Source: a virus | DNA length: 64,000 bases | Reading direction: 5' to 3' (one strand) | Virus record (IMG/VR): IMGVR_UViG_3300032282_004772 | Shown: positions 1 to 9,654 of the stretch, piece by piece | Position numbering within the stretch: position 1 is the first letter of the stretch | How the letters are laid out: the number at the start of each line of letters is the position of its first letter | Position numbers and translations under genes: made by a program | Notes under the pieces: model-generated | Told to the model about the DNA's origin: nothing | What the model saw: only the letters and a program-made list of their open reading frames with translations | The model's database searches: none

Positions 1-340
1 TAAATCCTCTTATTTTATTAGCCATCTCAACTGCCGTGTCTAATTTGTTGGCAATAATCAATATTTTTTCAGGTTTCTTTTTTGACGCAAAAACTATTTT
101 CTTTGATGCCCAAGCCGCGGTTACGGTTGATACTCCCGCTTGTCGGTATTTCAATGCAATGTTTTCATTGTATTTTTCGTAATCTTCCAATAGATTAATT
201 TGGTCATCAAAAAGGTCTAACGGAACATATCTTGATACTAAGTTGTCATATGTTTGCAAGTATGTTCTAAGAGCATATGGCGTATTTAATATACATTTTT
301 TATACTCTAATATTAATTGTTCTTTAGTTAAGCTCATCAT
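1..340 (-). CDS. terL: Terminase large subunit, N-terminal part (T4 gp17-like; continues beyond the window start)
   Basis: Not in the ORF track. Manual translation MMSLTKEQLILEYKKC...LKYRQAGVSTVTAAWA...ILIIANKLDTAVEMANKIRGF shows the T4-type terminase Walker A (K-x-R-Q-x-G-x-S-T) and the downstream IIANK strand. Confidence 0.85.
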   Translation of the reverse strand, partial: MMSLTKEQLILEYKKCILNTPYALRTYLQTYDNLVSRYVPLDLFDDQINLLEDYEKYNENIALKYRQAGVSTVTAAWASKKIVFASKKKPEKILIIANKLDTAVEMANKIRGF

Positions 341-341
341 A

Positions 342-349
342 TATAAATA
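342..349 (-). promoter_or_regulatory. TATTTATA motif (putative phage late promoter); example copy upstream of terL
   Basis: Sense-strand TATTTAT(A) lies close upstream of about 30 genes in the window; here it is 1 nt before the ATG. Confidence 0.65.
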
Positions 350-403
350 GTAAACCCCTCCTGAATATTACTAAAGGAGGGGTTTAAGTAAATAAGTTGT
401 TTT

Positions 404-1702
404 TTATCTAGGTTTTTGTATACCTAATCTTGTAAAAAAGTCATCATCATCGTCATCGTCTCCTCCATCATCGCCACCACCATCATCCTCGTTCGGGTTA
501 AAGTTTTCATAATCTTCCTTCATTTTTTTAGCTTCTTTCATAATAAGATTAAACTTAGACTTAACTCTATTTTCTTTCGATGCGTCACCAGACATTAAAT
601 CACCCATAATTTCTAAAAATATTTTAGCCTCAGTCTTATAAAGAACCATTTCAAACCAATTAATTAAACCTTTATTTTCAGGTTCAAAAATTTCATCAGG
701 TAGTAACAATCTTAATTTCTCAACAATTTCAGGTCCAATTCTCAATTGCATTGGTTCATTTGATAATATATCAGTTTGTCCTAAAACTTTTTGCGCCATT
801 TCTTCATCTTCAGGGTATCCATGTCTAGAATTTGCTTCTTTAACACCCTTAACTAATTCATGACATAGTATTGGAAAAATTAATCCGTATGCTTTAATTA
901 CAGTATCAGATTCTTCCGAACTAGGTTCATCTTCATCTTCTTCAGGGTCTTGTGTTGGATACTGGCCTAATTGTACTTTACCTGCAACACCGTTACCTGT
1001 TGCACTCATTTGTTCAATCATTTGTTCCATCGTAAAATAAAGAAAGTCATTTGTTGCCATTATTTTAAGATATGCAGGATATAAACGAGGGTCAATTGCG
1101 TCTAATTTAGACTTAATTTCAGGTTTTTGAAAAAGATAATGTGATTTTTTTGCAGAACCTTGTACAATCGCATTAATTAAATTTCTTTTATGTTTTTCTA
1201 ATTCAAACTGTTCTTCATCGGTTAAATCTTCAATATCAAAAGACATTTGTGGAGAGATTTTAGGTTGTTCTTTTTTTTCTTTTTCTGGTTTAAATTTAAA
1301 ATTAGAAATATCTATTGGAGCTCTATTTAAGTAAGCCTCTAATTTAAACCAATTTTCAGGAACTTCAGTTTCTTCTAATGCCGCCTCAATTGCCAATTGT
1401 TCAAGTTCGTCTTTATGCCTTGATTCTATATTCACAATCGATGGAACCATTCCAAAACTTTCTTGCATTATCATAGATTGGACTTGTCTTGAACTTAAAT
1501 TTTGAATTCCACTAACCTCTCTTAGTTTGTCCACAACTTTTTTAAATCTTGTTGAAACAAGTCTTTCGACATCCGCAGGACCTTTTCTCATTGCAGGGTT
1601 CTTACCATACAAATTTTCAGGACTTCCTAATTTTCGTTCTAAATTAGGGTCCATCCTTTCTGGGTAATTACCGTAATCTATTTGTTCTCTAATTTTTTTC
1701 AT
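404..1702 (-). CDS. Hypothetical phage protein with acidic C-terminus
   Basis: 432-aa ORF next to terL; no recognised motif. Confidence 0.75.
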   Translation of the reverse strand: MKKIREQIDYGNYPERMDPNLERKLGSPENLYGKNPAMRKGPADVERLVSTRFKKVVDKLREVSGIQNLSSRQVQSMIMQESFGMVPSIVNIESRHKDELEQLAIEAALEETEVPENWFKLEAYLNRAPIDISNFKFKPEKEKKEQPKISPQMSFDIEDLTDEEQFELEKHKRNLINAIVQGSAKKSHYLFQKPEIKSKLDAIDPRLYPAYLKIMATNDFLYFTMEQMIEQMSATGNGVAGKVQLGQYPTQDPEEDEDEPSSEESDTVIKAYGLIFPILCHELVKGVKEANSRHGYPEDEEMAQKVLGQTDILSNEPMQLRIGPEIVEKLRLLLPDEIFEPENKGLINWFEMVLYKTEAKIFLEIMGDLMSGDASKENRVKSKFNLIMKEAKKMKEDYENFNPNEDDGGGDDGGDDDDDDDFFTRLGIQKPR

Positions 1703-2580
1703 TATTTATTATTTATAACATTCATTATTGATTTTATCATATCAGATTTCACATTTTCGGGAGATTTTGCTTTTGGAACAGGGTTTACTCCCGGATTCGG
1801 ATTTTTACCTGGATGTGAGGGTCTTGTTTTTGGAGGAGTTTTTGTGCCCGGTTTTGTACCCGGTTTTGTTGTTGGAGCGTCAATAACATCTTCGTTTGCA
1901 ACTCCAATAGAACCTAATTTACCAATAGGGTAATTCATTTTCTTTTTCCCAATTAAATCCATTAATTCTCCTTTTTTCATTTTTGGTTTTGTGTATTTTT
2001 CAACCAAAGATAAAATTTTATTTTCTAAAAGAACAGCGTAAGGGTTCTTTCCTTCTGAAATAGATTTTTTAACTTGTTTAACACATCTTTCAAATTTTGC
2101 GGTTTTTTTAGGTCCTAATTGTGAATGGCAAACCGCCCAAGGATTAACTTCAGTTTTTTTTGATTTCTTTTTTTCTTCTTTAACTTCTCCTGTGGTTAAA
2201 TTCATTTTCCTTGTTGTAGGATTTATTTCGGCATTTAAACCTTTATCCATCATCGCCTTATTTGCCGCTTGAGCATCTGCAACGTTAGTTAAATCAAAAG
2301 TAGTTGTTGTAGATGTTTTTGTTACCGCTTCTTTTGTTTCTTCTTTCTTTTTTGCCTTTGCGGGGGCAGGACTTACTCCCGGATTCGGATTTTTACCTGG
2401 ATGTGAGGGTCTTGTTTTTGGAGGTGTTTTTGTGCCCGGTTTAGTTTTTGGGGCAGTCTTTGTTTGTTCTCCCTCAATTAAATTTTTGTGTAAAACATTA
2501 ATCTCAGACTCACTCAAAGATAGTAATGTTTTTTGACTTAATCCAAACTTAATTAAATCAGAATATTTATTAGTTTTCAT
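1702..2580 (-). CDS. Hypothetical Lys/Pro-rich protein with an internal duplication
   Basis: Likely start MKTNKYS at 2580 overlaps the upstream stop; contains two copies of KPGTKTPPKTRPSHPGKNPNPGV. Confidence 0.7.
   Translation of the reverse strand: MKTNKYSDLIKFGLSQKTLLSLSESEINVLHKNLIEGEQTKTAPKTKPGTKTPPKTRPSHPGKNPNPGVSPAPAKAKKKEETKEAVTKTSTTTTFDLTNVADAQAANKAMMDKGLNAEINPTTRKMNLTTGEVKEEKKKSKKTEVNPWAVCHSQLGPKKTAKFERCVKQVKKSISEGKNPYAVLLENKILSLVEKYTKPKMKKGELMDLIGKKKMNYPIGKLGSIGVANEDVIDAPTTKPGTKPGTKTPPKTRPSHPGKNPNPGVNPVPKAKSPENVKSDMIKSIMNVINNK
1785..2442. repeat. 70-bp direct repeat (1785-1854 and 2373-2442)
   Basis: 69/70 identical nucleotides by direct comparison. Confidence 0.9.
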
Positions 2581-2980
2581 ATATAACGTTTTTTTCAAAT
2601 TCAAGAACGATATCTCGTTCATATAGTTTATCTTTAACTTGTTGTTCTGTTTCTCCAAATCTAAACACTAATCTTTTTGTTGTAGTAAAATCAATGGTAT
2701 CATTTTCTTTTTCCCATCCTAATGCGATGACATCATCCATACTATCCATAAAACTAAAAAAATCAGAGTTTTGAATTAGTTCCAACTCTAACGAGGTGTT
2801 TTTCAATACTCCAACTTTTTTAATATACTCCAAACTAGGAGGTTTCGGATATCCGTTTGATGGTTTTGACTCCCAACTTTCATCCCATATGTCTTTTATG
2901 TCATCAGAGAAAATGAATTCATACATATTATCCCCTTTATAGTTAGGACCCAATCCATTTATAAAGACTAAATGGTTCAT
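2570..2980 (-). CDS. Hypothetical protein
   Basis: 136-aa ORF, translationally coupled to its neighbours. Confidence 0.75.
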   Translation of the reverse strand: MNHLVFINGLGPNYKGDNMYEFIFSDDIKDIWDESWESKPSNGYPKPPSLEYIKKVGVLKNTSLELELIQNSDFFSFMDSMDDVIALGWEKENDTIDFTTTKRLVFRFGETEQQVKDKLYERDIVLEFEKNVIYEN

Positions 2981-4293
2981 AGAATACTTCCAAAAGGAGA
3001 AATTTTATATTGTTTATTTCCAACTTCAAACACTAAATTTTTCTTATTTGTTTTTCCAACAAATCTTGAATTTATGTTTTCTTTAAAGAATTTTTTTGCG
3101 TTTACTTCTTGTTGAATTGATTCTGAAAGTCTTTTTATTTCAGAAAAAATTTCAGATTTTTTTATTTTTCTTTTATTTTCTCTCTCTTGATTAATTTTTT
3201 GATTAAATTTTTTCTCATCTTCAGATACTATAAAATATTTTAATAAAACATCTTCAATTTTAGATTCTTTAAAAACAGAGTCAGCAATATTACCTAAATG
3301 AGTCATATCATCATCTTCACTTTCTCCAAATCTAGCAGTAGTTGCTTTAAGAGCGGTTCTTTTAGCAATTTCATCTCCAAGTTCAGGCCAAGTACCTTCT
3401 CCTAATTCACTTTCTTTTGGTTCCATTTCAGGAGACATTTCTCCTTCTTCAGATGAAGTCTCATCTTCTTCTGATGGTGACTCTTCCTCAGAACCAAATG
3501 TTTCTTCAGGATTAAATTCTTCTTCAGTACCCTCAAGTTTATTCATTACATCTTCTCTATCATCTTCATCTAACAAATTTAAATCAAGTGCCGATAAGAT
3601 TGAATTTATAACATACTTAACATCTTTTGAAGACATTTGTTCCTCTTCATTTGATTTTAACGCTCTTAATTTTTGACCTAATTTTCCTGTAAGTTTTTGA
3701 ATGGTTTTGAAAGTAACAACTTCGTCTCTTTCTTCGTTTGAACCCATCTCATCTTCAGGAACCTCCATATCCCCTTCTTCAGAAGGCATTTCGCTTTCTT
3801 CTTCGTCTGATGGTGGAACAGGTGGTGGAGTTGGTTCTCCCCCCATCGGGGGTGCCGGTGGTGGAGGTACATTTTCTACCTCATCAGTCGGTTCAGGATT
3901 TTTTTTTTCTAAATTTGTGGTTTTTAAAACGAATTTTTTTTGTTCAGAAAATAAAGAAACTCCTTCTTTATTTTCAAAAAGTTCATTCATTTCTTTCGCC
4001 ATTAAATTTAATCTTTTTAATGCTTGTGAATATGAACTATAATATTTTCTATCTTGCATAGGTGATATATAATCAACATTAGATTCTGAAATTGTTTTTT
4101 TAATTACATATCCTGATTTTTCTCTAATGATTTGATACTCATTTCCATCAGCAAGAGTTAATTTATATTCGCTTTTTGAAGTTTCGTTAATATTTGAAGG
4201 AGTAGACTCTTTATATCTTGCAATTTCTAAAATTCTTGAAATTTTATCAACTCCTGTCAATTTTTCACTTCCTAGTGGGTTTAAATTGGCCAT
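2977..4293 (-). CDS. Acidic Glu/Pro-rich hypothetical protein (possible head core/scaffold-type)
   Basis: 438-aa ORF with low-complexity acidic tracts and an upstream TATTTATA; the function is inferred only. Confidence 0.6.
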   Translation of the reverse strand: MANLNPLGSEKLTGVDKISRILEIARYKESTPSNINETSKSEYKLTLADGNEYQIIREKSGYVIKKTISESNVDYISPMQDRKYYSSYSQALKRLNLMAKEMNELFENKEGVSLFSEQKKFVLKTTNLEKKNPEPTDEVENVPPPPAPPMGGEPTPPPVPPSDEEESEMPSEEGDMEVPEDEMGSNEERDEVVTFKTIQKLTGKLGQKLRALKSNEEEQMSSKDVKYVINSILSALDLNLLDEDDREDVMNKLEGTEEEFNPEETFGSEEESPSEEDETSSEEGEMSPEMEPKESELGEGTWPELGDEIAKRTALKATTARFGESEDDDMTHLGNIADSVFKESKIEDVLLKYFIVSEDEKKFNQKINQERENKRKIKKSEIFSEIKRLSESIQQEVNAKKFFKENINSRFVGKTNKKNLVFEVGNKQYKISPFGSIL

Positions 4294-4379
4294 TTTATAT
4301 TTTATTTAATTTTTTTATTTTTAATGACAAAAATCCAATTAGATTTTTTCTTTATAAATATATCGAACTATTGATTATT

Positions 4380-5141
4380 TCAAGACAAACGGTTTAATTC
4401 CTTTAAAGAAAGAAGATTATCCATCATTTTATTTTCAAAATCATACAGTTTTTGGATATACCCGTTTCTTCTCAATACTTTAAACACAAGATTTTCAATA
4501 GCGTATTCTCCCCCACTTTCTAATCCTGTCTTTCTAAATTTTTTTATTTTTTCTTTAAACTTACTTATTATTTTTTTTGCCTCATCTAAATCTTCATCGG
4601 ACGCATTTTTAATAACCTCATCAATCATATTCATCCAAGACTTGCTTTTCTTATCAACTTCTTTAAAATTAATATCAATATCTTCTTTTTTTGGTTTTTT
4701 AATCCATTCATCAAAAAGTACGGAATAAACACCTGAACTTTCATGAGGTTCACTTTCATCTTGAGCGTAAAGTTCAACCTCATAATTTTTTATGGTAATA
4801 TCATGATTAGAATTAAATAATAGTTTTTTTAAATTAAAAAGTTTTTGGTACAGTTCTAAAGTTTCTTTAGGAAACTGTCCATAATCAATAATCAAGTGTA
4901 AATCAAAGTCAGAATATTTTGACCAGTTAAAATTAGATAAAGACCCTGTTAATACTATATCTTTTACAAAAACGGGTACATCTAAAAACTCAATAAATTC
5001 GTATGCAATCTCTAATAGTCTTTCTCGTATTTCAGGTTTAATTTTTTCATCACCATCTGATTTTTTTGGAGTGTACCAAACATCAGGGTTCAAATTATCC
5101 TGTAATGCAAAACTTTTTAGAATATCGATATTTTTATCCAT
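4380..5141 (-). CDS. Nucleotidyltransferase (Pol-beta superfamily) domain protein
   Basis: LTGSLSNFNWSKYSDFDLH matches the GS...DxD motif; a third acidic residue lies in EVELY. Confidence 0.75.
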   Translation of the reverse strand: MDKNIDILKSFALQDNLNPDVWYTPKKSDGDEKIKPEIRERLLEIAYEFIEFLDVPVFVKDIVLTGSLSNFNWSKYSDFDLHLIIDYGQFPKETLELYQKLFNLKKLLFNSNHDITIKNYEVELYAQDESEPHESSGVYSVLFDEWIKKPKKEDIDINFKEVDKKSKSWMNMIDEVIKNASDEDLDEAKKIISKFKEKIKKFRKTGLESGGEYAIENLVFKVLRRNGYIQKLYDFENKMMDNLLSLKELNRLS

Positions 5142-5171
5142 TATAGATAAATACTCGATAAATAAAGTTTT

Positions 5172-5414
5172 TTATACTTTTTTATATTTAAAAACTTTTG
5201 AAATGTTAGAATTAAAGTATTTTCCTTGGGATTCGGCCATCCTAAATTCTGTATAAGTCCTGTGAGGTACTTTTTCGTACTCATATTTAGAACCATTTTT
5301 AAACTCAACAATTAAAGAATTGCTTTCAACATCGTATTCAGTTTTAACCAAATTTGATGAATCAATTTCATTTATTATTTTAGTCCCTTGTATTGTTTCT
5401 TTTTTTATTCCCAT
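5172..5414 (-). CDS. KTSC domain protein
   Basis: SSNL..EYD....LIVEFKNG..YEY..VP...Y..F..AES.GKYFN..I matches the KTSC pattern. Confidence 0.9.
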   Translation of the reverse strand: MGIKKETIQGTKIINEIDSSNLVKTEYDVESNSLIVEFKNGSKYEYEKVPHRTYTEFRMAESQGKYFNSNISKVFKYKKV

Positions 5415-5721
5415 TTTTTTTGTTATTTGTATTTAATGGAGTTTCGTCATTAATACGACTCATCTCTTTTCTAAGATAAACAACAAAATCATTGTGGTCA
5501 ATATCAAAAAAAGATTTAACTTCATTAAATAACTTACTATGTTCATTACTATACTCTTGGAAATATTTCATAATATCTTGTGGATAATATGGTGGATTTT
5601 CTAACTGTTCTTCAGTCCATCCTTCTCTTTGGAAACATTGCCTTAATTTACGATATATTGACATTAGATTCTTATCCGCGTCAAGTTGTTTAATAAATTT
5701 TTCAAATGGTTTCATATTCAT
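5380..5721 (-). CDS. Hypothetical protein
   Basis: 113-aa ORF. Confidence 0.65.
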   Translation of the reverse strand: MNMKPFEKFIKQLDADKNLMSIYRKLRQCFQREGWTEEQLENPPYYPQDIMKYFQEYSNEHSKLFNEVKSFFDIDHNDFVVYLRKEMSRINDETPLNTNNKKNGNKKRNNTRD

Positions 5722-5765
5722 AAATACATCTTAAATAAAAAACCCCCAATTAATGGGGGCCTTTT

Positions 5766-6215
5766 TTAAGATTTTAATTTTTTAAGTTCGTCTCGAATCT
5801 CAATTGCTTTTTCAAAATTATGTTCTTTAATCGCCAATTTTAAATCACTCTCAAGTGAATCAATCTTTTCTTTGTTTTTTTCCAAACTTTTTATTTGGTC
5901 TCTTAGTTTAACAGCCGACTCAAAATCTTCATTTTCTATCGCCATTTCAAGTTGGTAATTTAACATGTCAATTTTATTACCACCTTTTTTAATTCTTTGG
6001 TTTGGTTGTCGGTCATTAGTTCTAATAAAATTAGTTATGACGGTTTCACCATCTTCTGACTTATAGGTTTCTTTAATCCAATTACCTTGTTCGTCAGAAC
6101 CTTCCTCAATTGTTCTGTTTAGGTTTAAATGATTGTTAAACATAGAGTCGAATTGATTGAACATCGCATCAAAATCTCTAAAAAAATCGTTAAAATTTCT
6201 TTTTCTTCCAAACAT
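5766..6215 (-). CDS. Tandem UvrB/UvrC (UVR) motif protein, candidate Clp adaptor
   Basis: Two UVR motifs: LEMAIENEDFESAVKLRDQI and LKLAIKEHNFEKAIEIRDEL. Confidence 0.8.
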   Translation of the reverse strand: MFGRKRNFNDFFRDFDAMFNQFDSMFNNHLNLNRTIEEGSDEQGNWIKETYKSEDGETVITNFIRTNDRQPNQRIKKGGNKIDMLNYQLEMAIENEDFESAVKLRDQIKSLEKNKEKIDSLESDLKLAIKEHNFEKAIEIRDELKKLKS

Positions 6216-6261
6216 AATGTTTTTTTTTATTTTAGTTTATTTATTTTTTTTTCGTTAAAGA

Positions 6262-6363
6262 ACGAATCCCGTGCCAAAGTAATAACATTATAATTATTGT
6301 CATAATATAATAAATATTAATGACAAAAAGTCATTAACTTATTTTAAATATGTCATTTTGTCA
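6262..6363. promoter_or_regulatory. Divergent control region with a sigma54-like -24 box on the minus strand and TGACA/TGTCA operator-like repeats
   Basis: TTTGGCACGGGATTCGT (6278-6262), palindrome TTAATGAC-N5-GTCATTAA (6317-6337), TGTCATTTTGTCA (6351-6363). Confidence 0.45.
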
Positions 6364-6412
6364 ATATTGGATTTTTAATTTAATTTTTTTATTATTATAA
6401 AAAAGTAATGTT

Positions 6413-8431
6413 ATGATTGAATCTATGGATAACGAAAACAGAAAAGAAAATAAAAAATCTACTGAGTCTACGACACCCGCATTGGATAATTTTAGTCGTG
6501 ACTTGATTAAATTGGCCGAACAAGGAAAACTTGACCCTGTAATTGGTAGAGAAAAAGAAATTCTTCGCATCGCTCAAATTCTTTCAAGAAGAAAGAAAAA
6601 TAATCCTATTATTATAGGTGAACCAGGTTGTGGTAAAACCGCTATTGTCGAAGGTCTTGCAATGAAAATTTTTAATGGAGAATGTCCAAGAAATTTAGTG
6701 GATAAAAGAATTCTTTCATTAGATATGACTTCTATTGTTGCGGGAACAAAGTATAGAGGCCAGTTTGAAGAAAGGATGAAAGTAATTATTGAAGAATTAC
6801 AGGCTAATCCTGATATTATTGTGTTTATCGATGAAATACACACAATTGTTGGGGCAGGTAATTCATCGGGTTCATTGGATGCTTCTAATATTTTTAAACC
6901 AGCATTGGCTCGTGGAGAAATACAATGTATTGGGGCCACTACATTAGACGAGTATCGTAAAAACTTTGAAAAGGATGGGGCTCTTGAGCGTAGATTCCAA
7001 AAAGTAATTGTTGATGGTGCAACGAAAGAAGAAACACTAGAAATTTTAAAAAATCTAAAAGATAGATATGAAGGATTTCATAAGGTGTCTTTTTCAGATG
7101 AAGTTTTAAACACATGTGTCACTTTGGCAGAAAGATACATTACTGATAGAGAGTTCCCTGATAAAGCAATTGATATTTTAGACGAGGTTGGAGCCAGATG
7201 TCAAGTTGATATGAAACTTCCTGAAATCATTGAGGAATTAAAACTAAAGGCTCAAGAAATTAAATTAAAAAAAGTTGAGGTGGTTAAAAGTCAAAAGTAT
7301 GAGGAAGCAGCTGAACTTAGAGATAAAGAAAGAAAAATTTTATCCTCATTAGATGAAGAGAAGAAAAAATTTGAACAAGATTTAAACACAAAAAAGAAAG
7401 AGGTTGAGTTGGAATTAGTTTACGAAGTAGTTTCAAATATGACAAAAATACCTGTTAGTAAATTAACTTCTGATGATACAAAAGCGCTAATTGATTTAGA
7501 CGAGATATTAAATAAAAAAGTAATTGGTCAGTCAGACGCGGTTAAAAGAATTGTTAAATCAATAAGAAGAAATAGACTTGGGATAAAAGACCCAAGTAGA
7601 CCAATTGGTTCATTTATTTTCTTAGGGTCAACTGGTGTTGGTAAAACTTATTTAGCAAAACAATTGGCTAAAGAAGTTTTTGGTAGTGAGGAATCTTTAA
7701 TTAGAGTTGATATGTCTGAATATCAAGAAAAACATTCGATATCAAGATTAATTGGAGCTCCTCCAGGATATGTCGGATATGATGAAGGAGGTCAATTAAC
7801 TGAACAAGTTAAAAATAAACCTTATTCGGTGATTCTTTTTGATGAAATTGAAAAGGCAAATAAAGACATTTTTTCTTCTTTATTACAAGTTCTTGATGAA
7901 GGACACATGACCGATGGTTTAGGTAGAAAAATTAATTTTAAAAATTGTATTATAATAATGACATCTAATTTAGGTGTTAAAAAATTACAAGACTTCGGAG
8001 TTGGAGTTGGATTTAGAACAAATAATGAGTACACCAATGAAGAAATAAGAAAAGAAACATTACAAAAAGAGCTTAAAAAGTTTTTTTCACCAGAATTTTT
8101 AAATCGTATTGATGATATTGTAGTCTTTAATTCTTTAAATAAAACCAATATTGAATCTATCGTTAAGATTGAGCTTAACAAACTTAAAGATAGATTGGAT
8201 GGTCTAAAATATAACATTTCATTTGATAAGAGTATTGAAGATATGATATCTAAAGTTGGATTTGATGAATTATATGGCGCCAGACCTCTTAAGAGGGCAA
8301 TACAGGAAAAGATTGAAGATTATATTTCGGAAGAAGTATTAAAAGGAAACATTAAGGAAAATACGAAATATGTTATAAAGTCTGATGAGGATGAAAAATT
8401 AACGATAGTTAAATCTAAAAAATCAAAATAA
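6413..8431 (+). CDS. clpC: ClpC-like AAA+ ATPase lacking the N-terminal Clp-repeat domain
   Basis: Two AAA modules (GEPGCGKT, GSTGVGKT), RLIGAPPGYVGY, a UVR-type M domain (QKYEEAAELRDKE) and a VGF loop; begins almost directly at TPALDNFSRDL. Confidence 0.9.
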   Translation: MIESMDNENRKENKKSTESTTPALDNFSRDLIKLAEQGKLDPVIGREKEILRIAQILSRRKKNNPIIIGEPGCGKTAIVEGLAMKIFNGECPRNLVDKRILSLDMTSIVAGTKYRGQFEERMKVIIEELQANPDIIVFIDEIHTIVGAGNSSGSLDASNIFKPALARGEIQCIGATTLDEYRKNFEKDGALERRFQKVIVDGATKEETLEILKNLKDRYEGFHKVSFSDEVLNTCVTLAERYITDREFPDKAIDILDEVGARCQVDMKLPEIIEELKLKAQEIKLKKVEVVKSQKYEEAAELRDKERKILSSLDEEKKKFEQDLNTKKKEVELELVYEVVSNMTKIPVSKLTSDDTKALIDLDEILNKKVIGQSDAVKRIVKSIRRNRLGIKDPSRPIGSFIFLGSTGVGKTYLAKQLAKEVFGSEESLIRVDMSEYQEKHSISRLIGAPPGYVGYDEGGQLTEQVKNKPYSVILFDEIEKANKDIFSSLLQVLDEGHMTDGLGRKINFKNCIIIMTSNLGVKKLQDFGVGVGFRTNNEYTNEEIRKETLQKELKKFFSPEFLNRIDDIVVFNSLNKTNIESIVKIELNKLKDRLDGLKYNISFDKSIEDMISKVGFDELYGARPLKRAIQEKIEDYISEEVLKGNIKENTKYVIKSDEDEKLTIVKSKKSK

Positions 8432-8529
8432 ATCAGGTGGGGAAACCCACCTTTTTTTTTAAATTATTTTTACGTTAAGACTTCTTTATTTGACCATAAA
8501 AAACTATTTATAGGTAAATAGAAAATAAT

Positions 8530-9615
8530 ATGCAAAACGAAAAAAAATGTCCGTACAGTAAGCGTAAAACTAAAGTGTTATTCATTTGTAAAAAGAGAAA
8601 ACATCCATATGAATATACTGAGATTGACGATAATTTAAAATCAAACGAAAATACTAAAATTCTAAAATCTTCAGGTCTATTAAACTCAGCGAAATTTGTT
8701 TCTAAAATGTTAAATAAAAATAATATAGAATCAAAAGTTGTTGATGTTATTGATAATAATAGTATTGATAAAGTAGTAAAAGAATTTAAACCTGATTACG
8801 TAATAATTGAAGCTCTTTGGGTAGTACCTGAAAAATTTGAAGTATTGACTAAACTACATCCAAAGGTTAAATGGATAGTTAGATTACATAGTGAAATACC
8901 GTTTTTATCTAATGAAGGAATTGCGATTGAATGGTTATACAAATACATAAAATATAAAAATGTTTACATTGGTTCAAATAGTATTGAAGCAACAGAAATA
9001 CTTGAAAATATATTAAAAACAAAATTATTCTACTTACCAAATTACTACCCAATTAAATCCGAAGGAGGATGTCCTGTTGTGGAGACTCAAGAAAATACAA
9101 TCAATATTGGATGTTTTGGTGCAATTAGACCAATGAAAAATCAACTACAACAAGCAATCGCCTCTATTGAATTTGGTGACTCATTAAACAAATCAATTAG
9201 ATTTCATATAAATTCTGAGAGAATTGAATCTAGAGGGGAACCTGTATTAAAAAATATACGAGAATTATTTAAAAACAATCCAAAACATACATTGGTAGAA
9301 CACCATTGGCATGACCATCATGATTTTATAAATTTAGTTAGAAAAATGGATATAGGACTACAAGTTAGTTTTTCTGAAACATTTAACATTGTTAGTGCCG
9401 ATTTTGTTTCAAATGGAATACCCGTTATAGTTTCTCCGGAAATTAATTGGGCATCCCGTATATTCAAAGTAAATCCTAACTCAAACAAAGAAATAGTAAA
9501 AAAATTAAAATTTGTTTGGAAATATAAAAAATTCGGACTAAACTTGTTTAGTTTATTTGGACTAATCAAATACAATTGGAAATCTAAAAACGAGTGGTTA
9601 AATTATTTTTTATAA
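8530..9615 (+). CDS. Glycosyltransferase (GT-B-like)
   Basis: GCFGAIRPMKNQ and SETFNIVSAD..SNGIPVIVS resemble GT4-type C-terminal motifs. Confidence 0.65.
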   Translation: MQNEKKCPYSKRKTKVLFICKKRKHPYEYTEIDDNLKSNENTKILKSSGLLNSAKFVSKMLNKNNIESKVVDVIDNNSIDKVVKEFKPDYVIIEALWVVPEKFEVLTKLHPKVKWIVRLHSEIPFLSNEGIAIEWLYKYIKYKNVYIGSNSIEATEILENILKTKLFYLPNYYPIKSEGGCPVVETQENTINIGCFGAIRPMKNQLQQAIASIEFGDSLNKSIRFHINSERIESRGEPVLKNIRELFKNNPKHTLVEHHWHDHHDFINLVRKMDIGLQVSFSETFNIVSADFVSNGIPVIVSPEINWASRIFKVNPNSNKEIVKKLKFVWKYKKFGLNLFSLFGLIKYNWKSKNEWLNYFL

Positions 9616-9619
9616 AAAT

Positions 9620-9650
9620 TTTGCCAGAATAGTAAAATTTCATATATTTG
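9620..9650 (+). promoter_or_regulatory. Bacteroidota housekeeping-type promoter (-33 TTTG, 19-nt spacer, -7 TATATTTG)
   Basis: Exact match to TTTG-N19-TAnnTTTG, 4 nt upstream of ATG 9655. Confidence 0.75.
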
Positions 9651-9654
9651 CAAT

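Noticed and set aside
4380-5141. Nucleotidyltransferase as a CBASS cyclase or toxin-antitoxin component
   Set aside because: No adjacent effector or HEPN partner; only the generic Pol-beta motif is visible.
5738-5766. CCCC/GGGG hairpins (also near 12.99, 32.63, 49.98, 59.64 and 62.04 kb) as a mobile repeat or sRNA family
   Set aside because: They flank A/T tracts at gene ends and are best explained as intrinsic terminators.
6574-8217. Antisense and alternate-frame ORFs in the track (e.g. 6574-6939, 7822-8217, 12345-12614, 22401-22856, 24044-24250)
   Set aside because: They are shadows of longer, motif-bearing genes.
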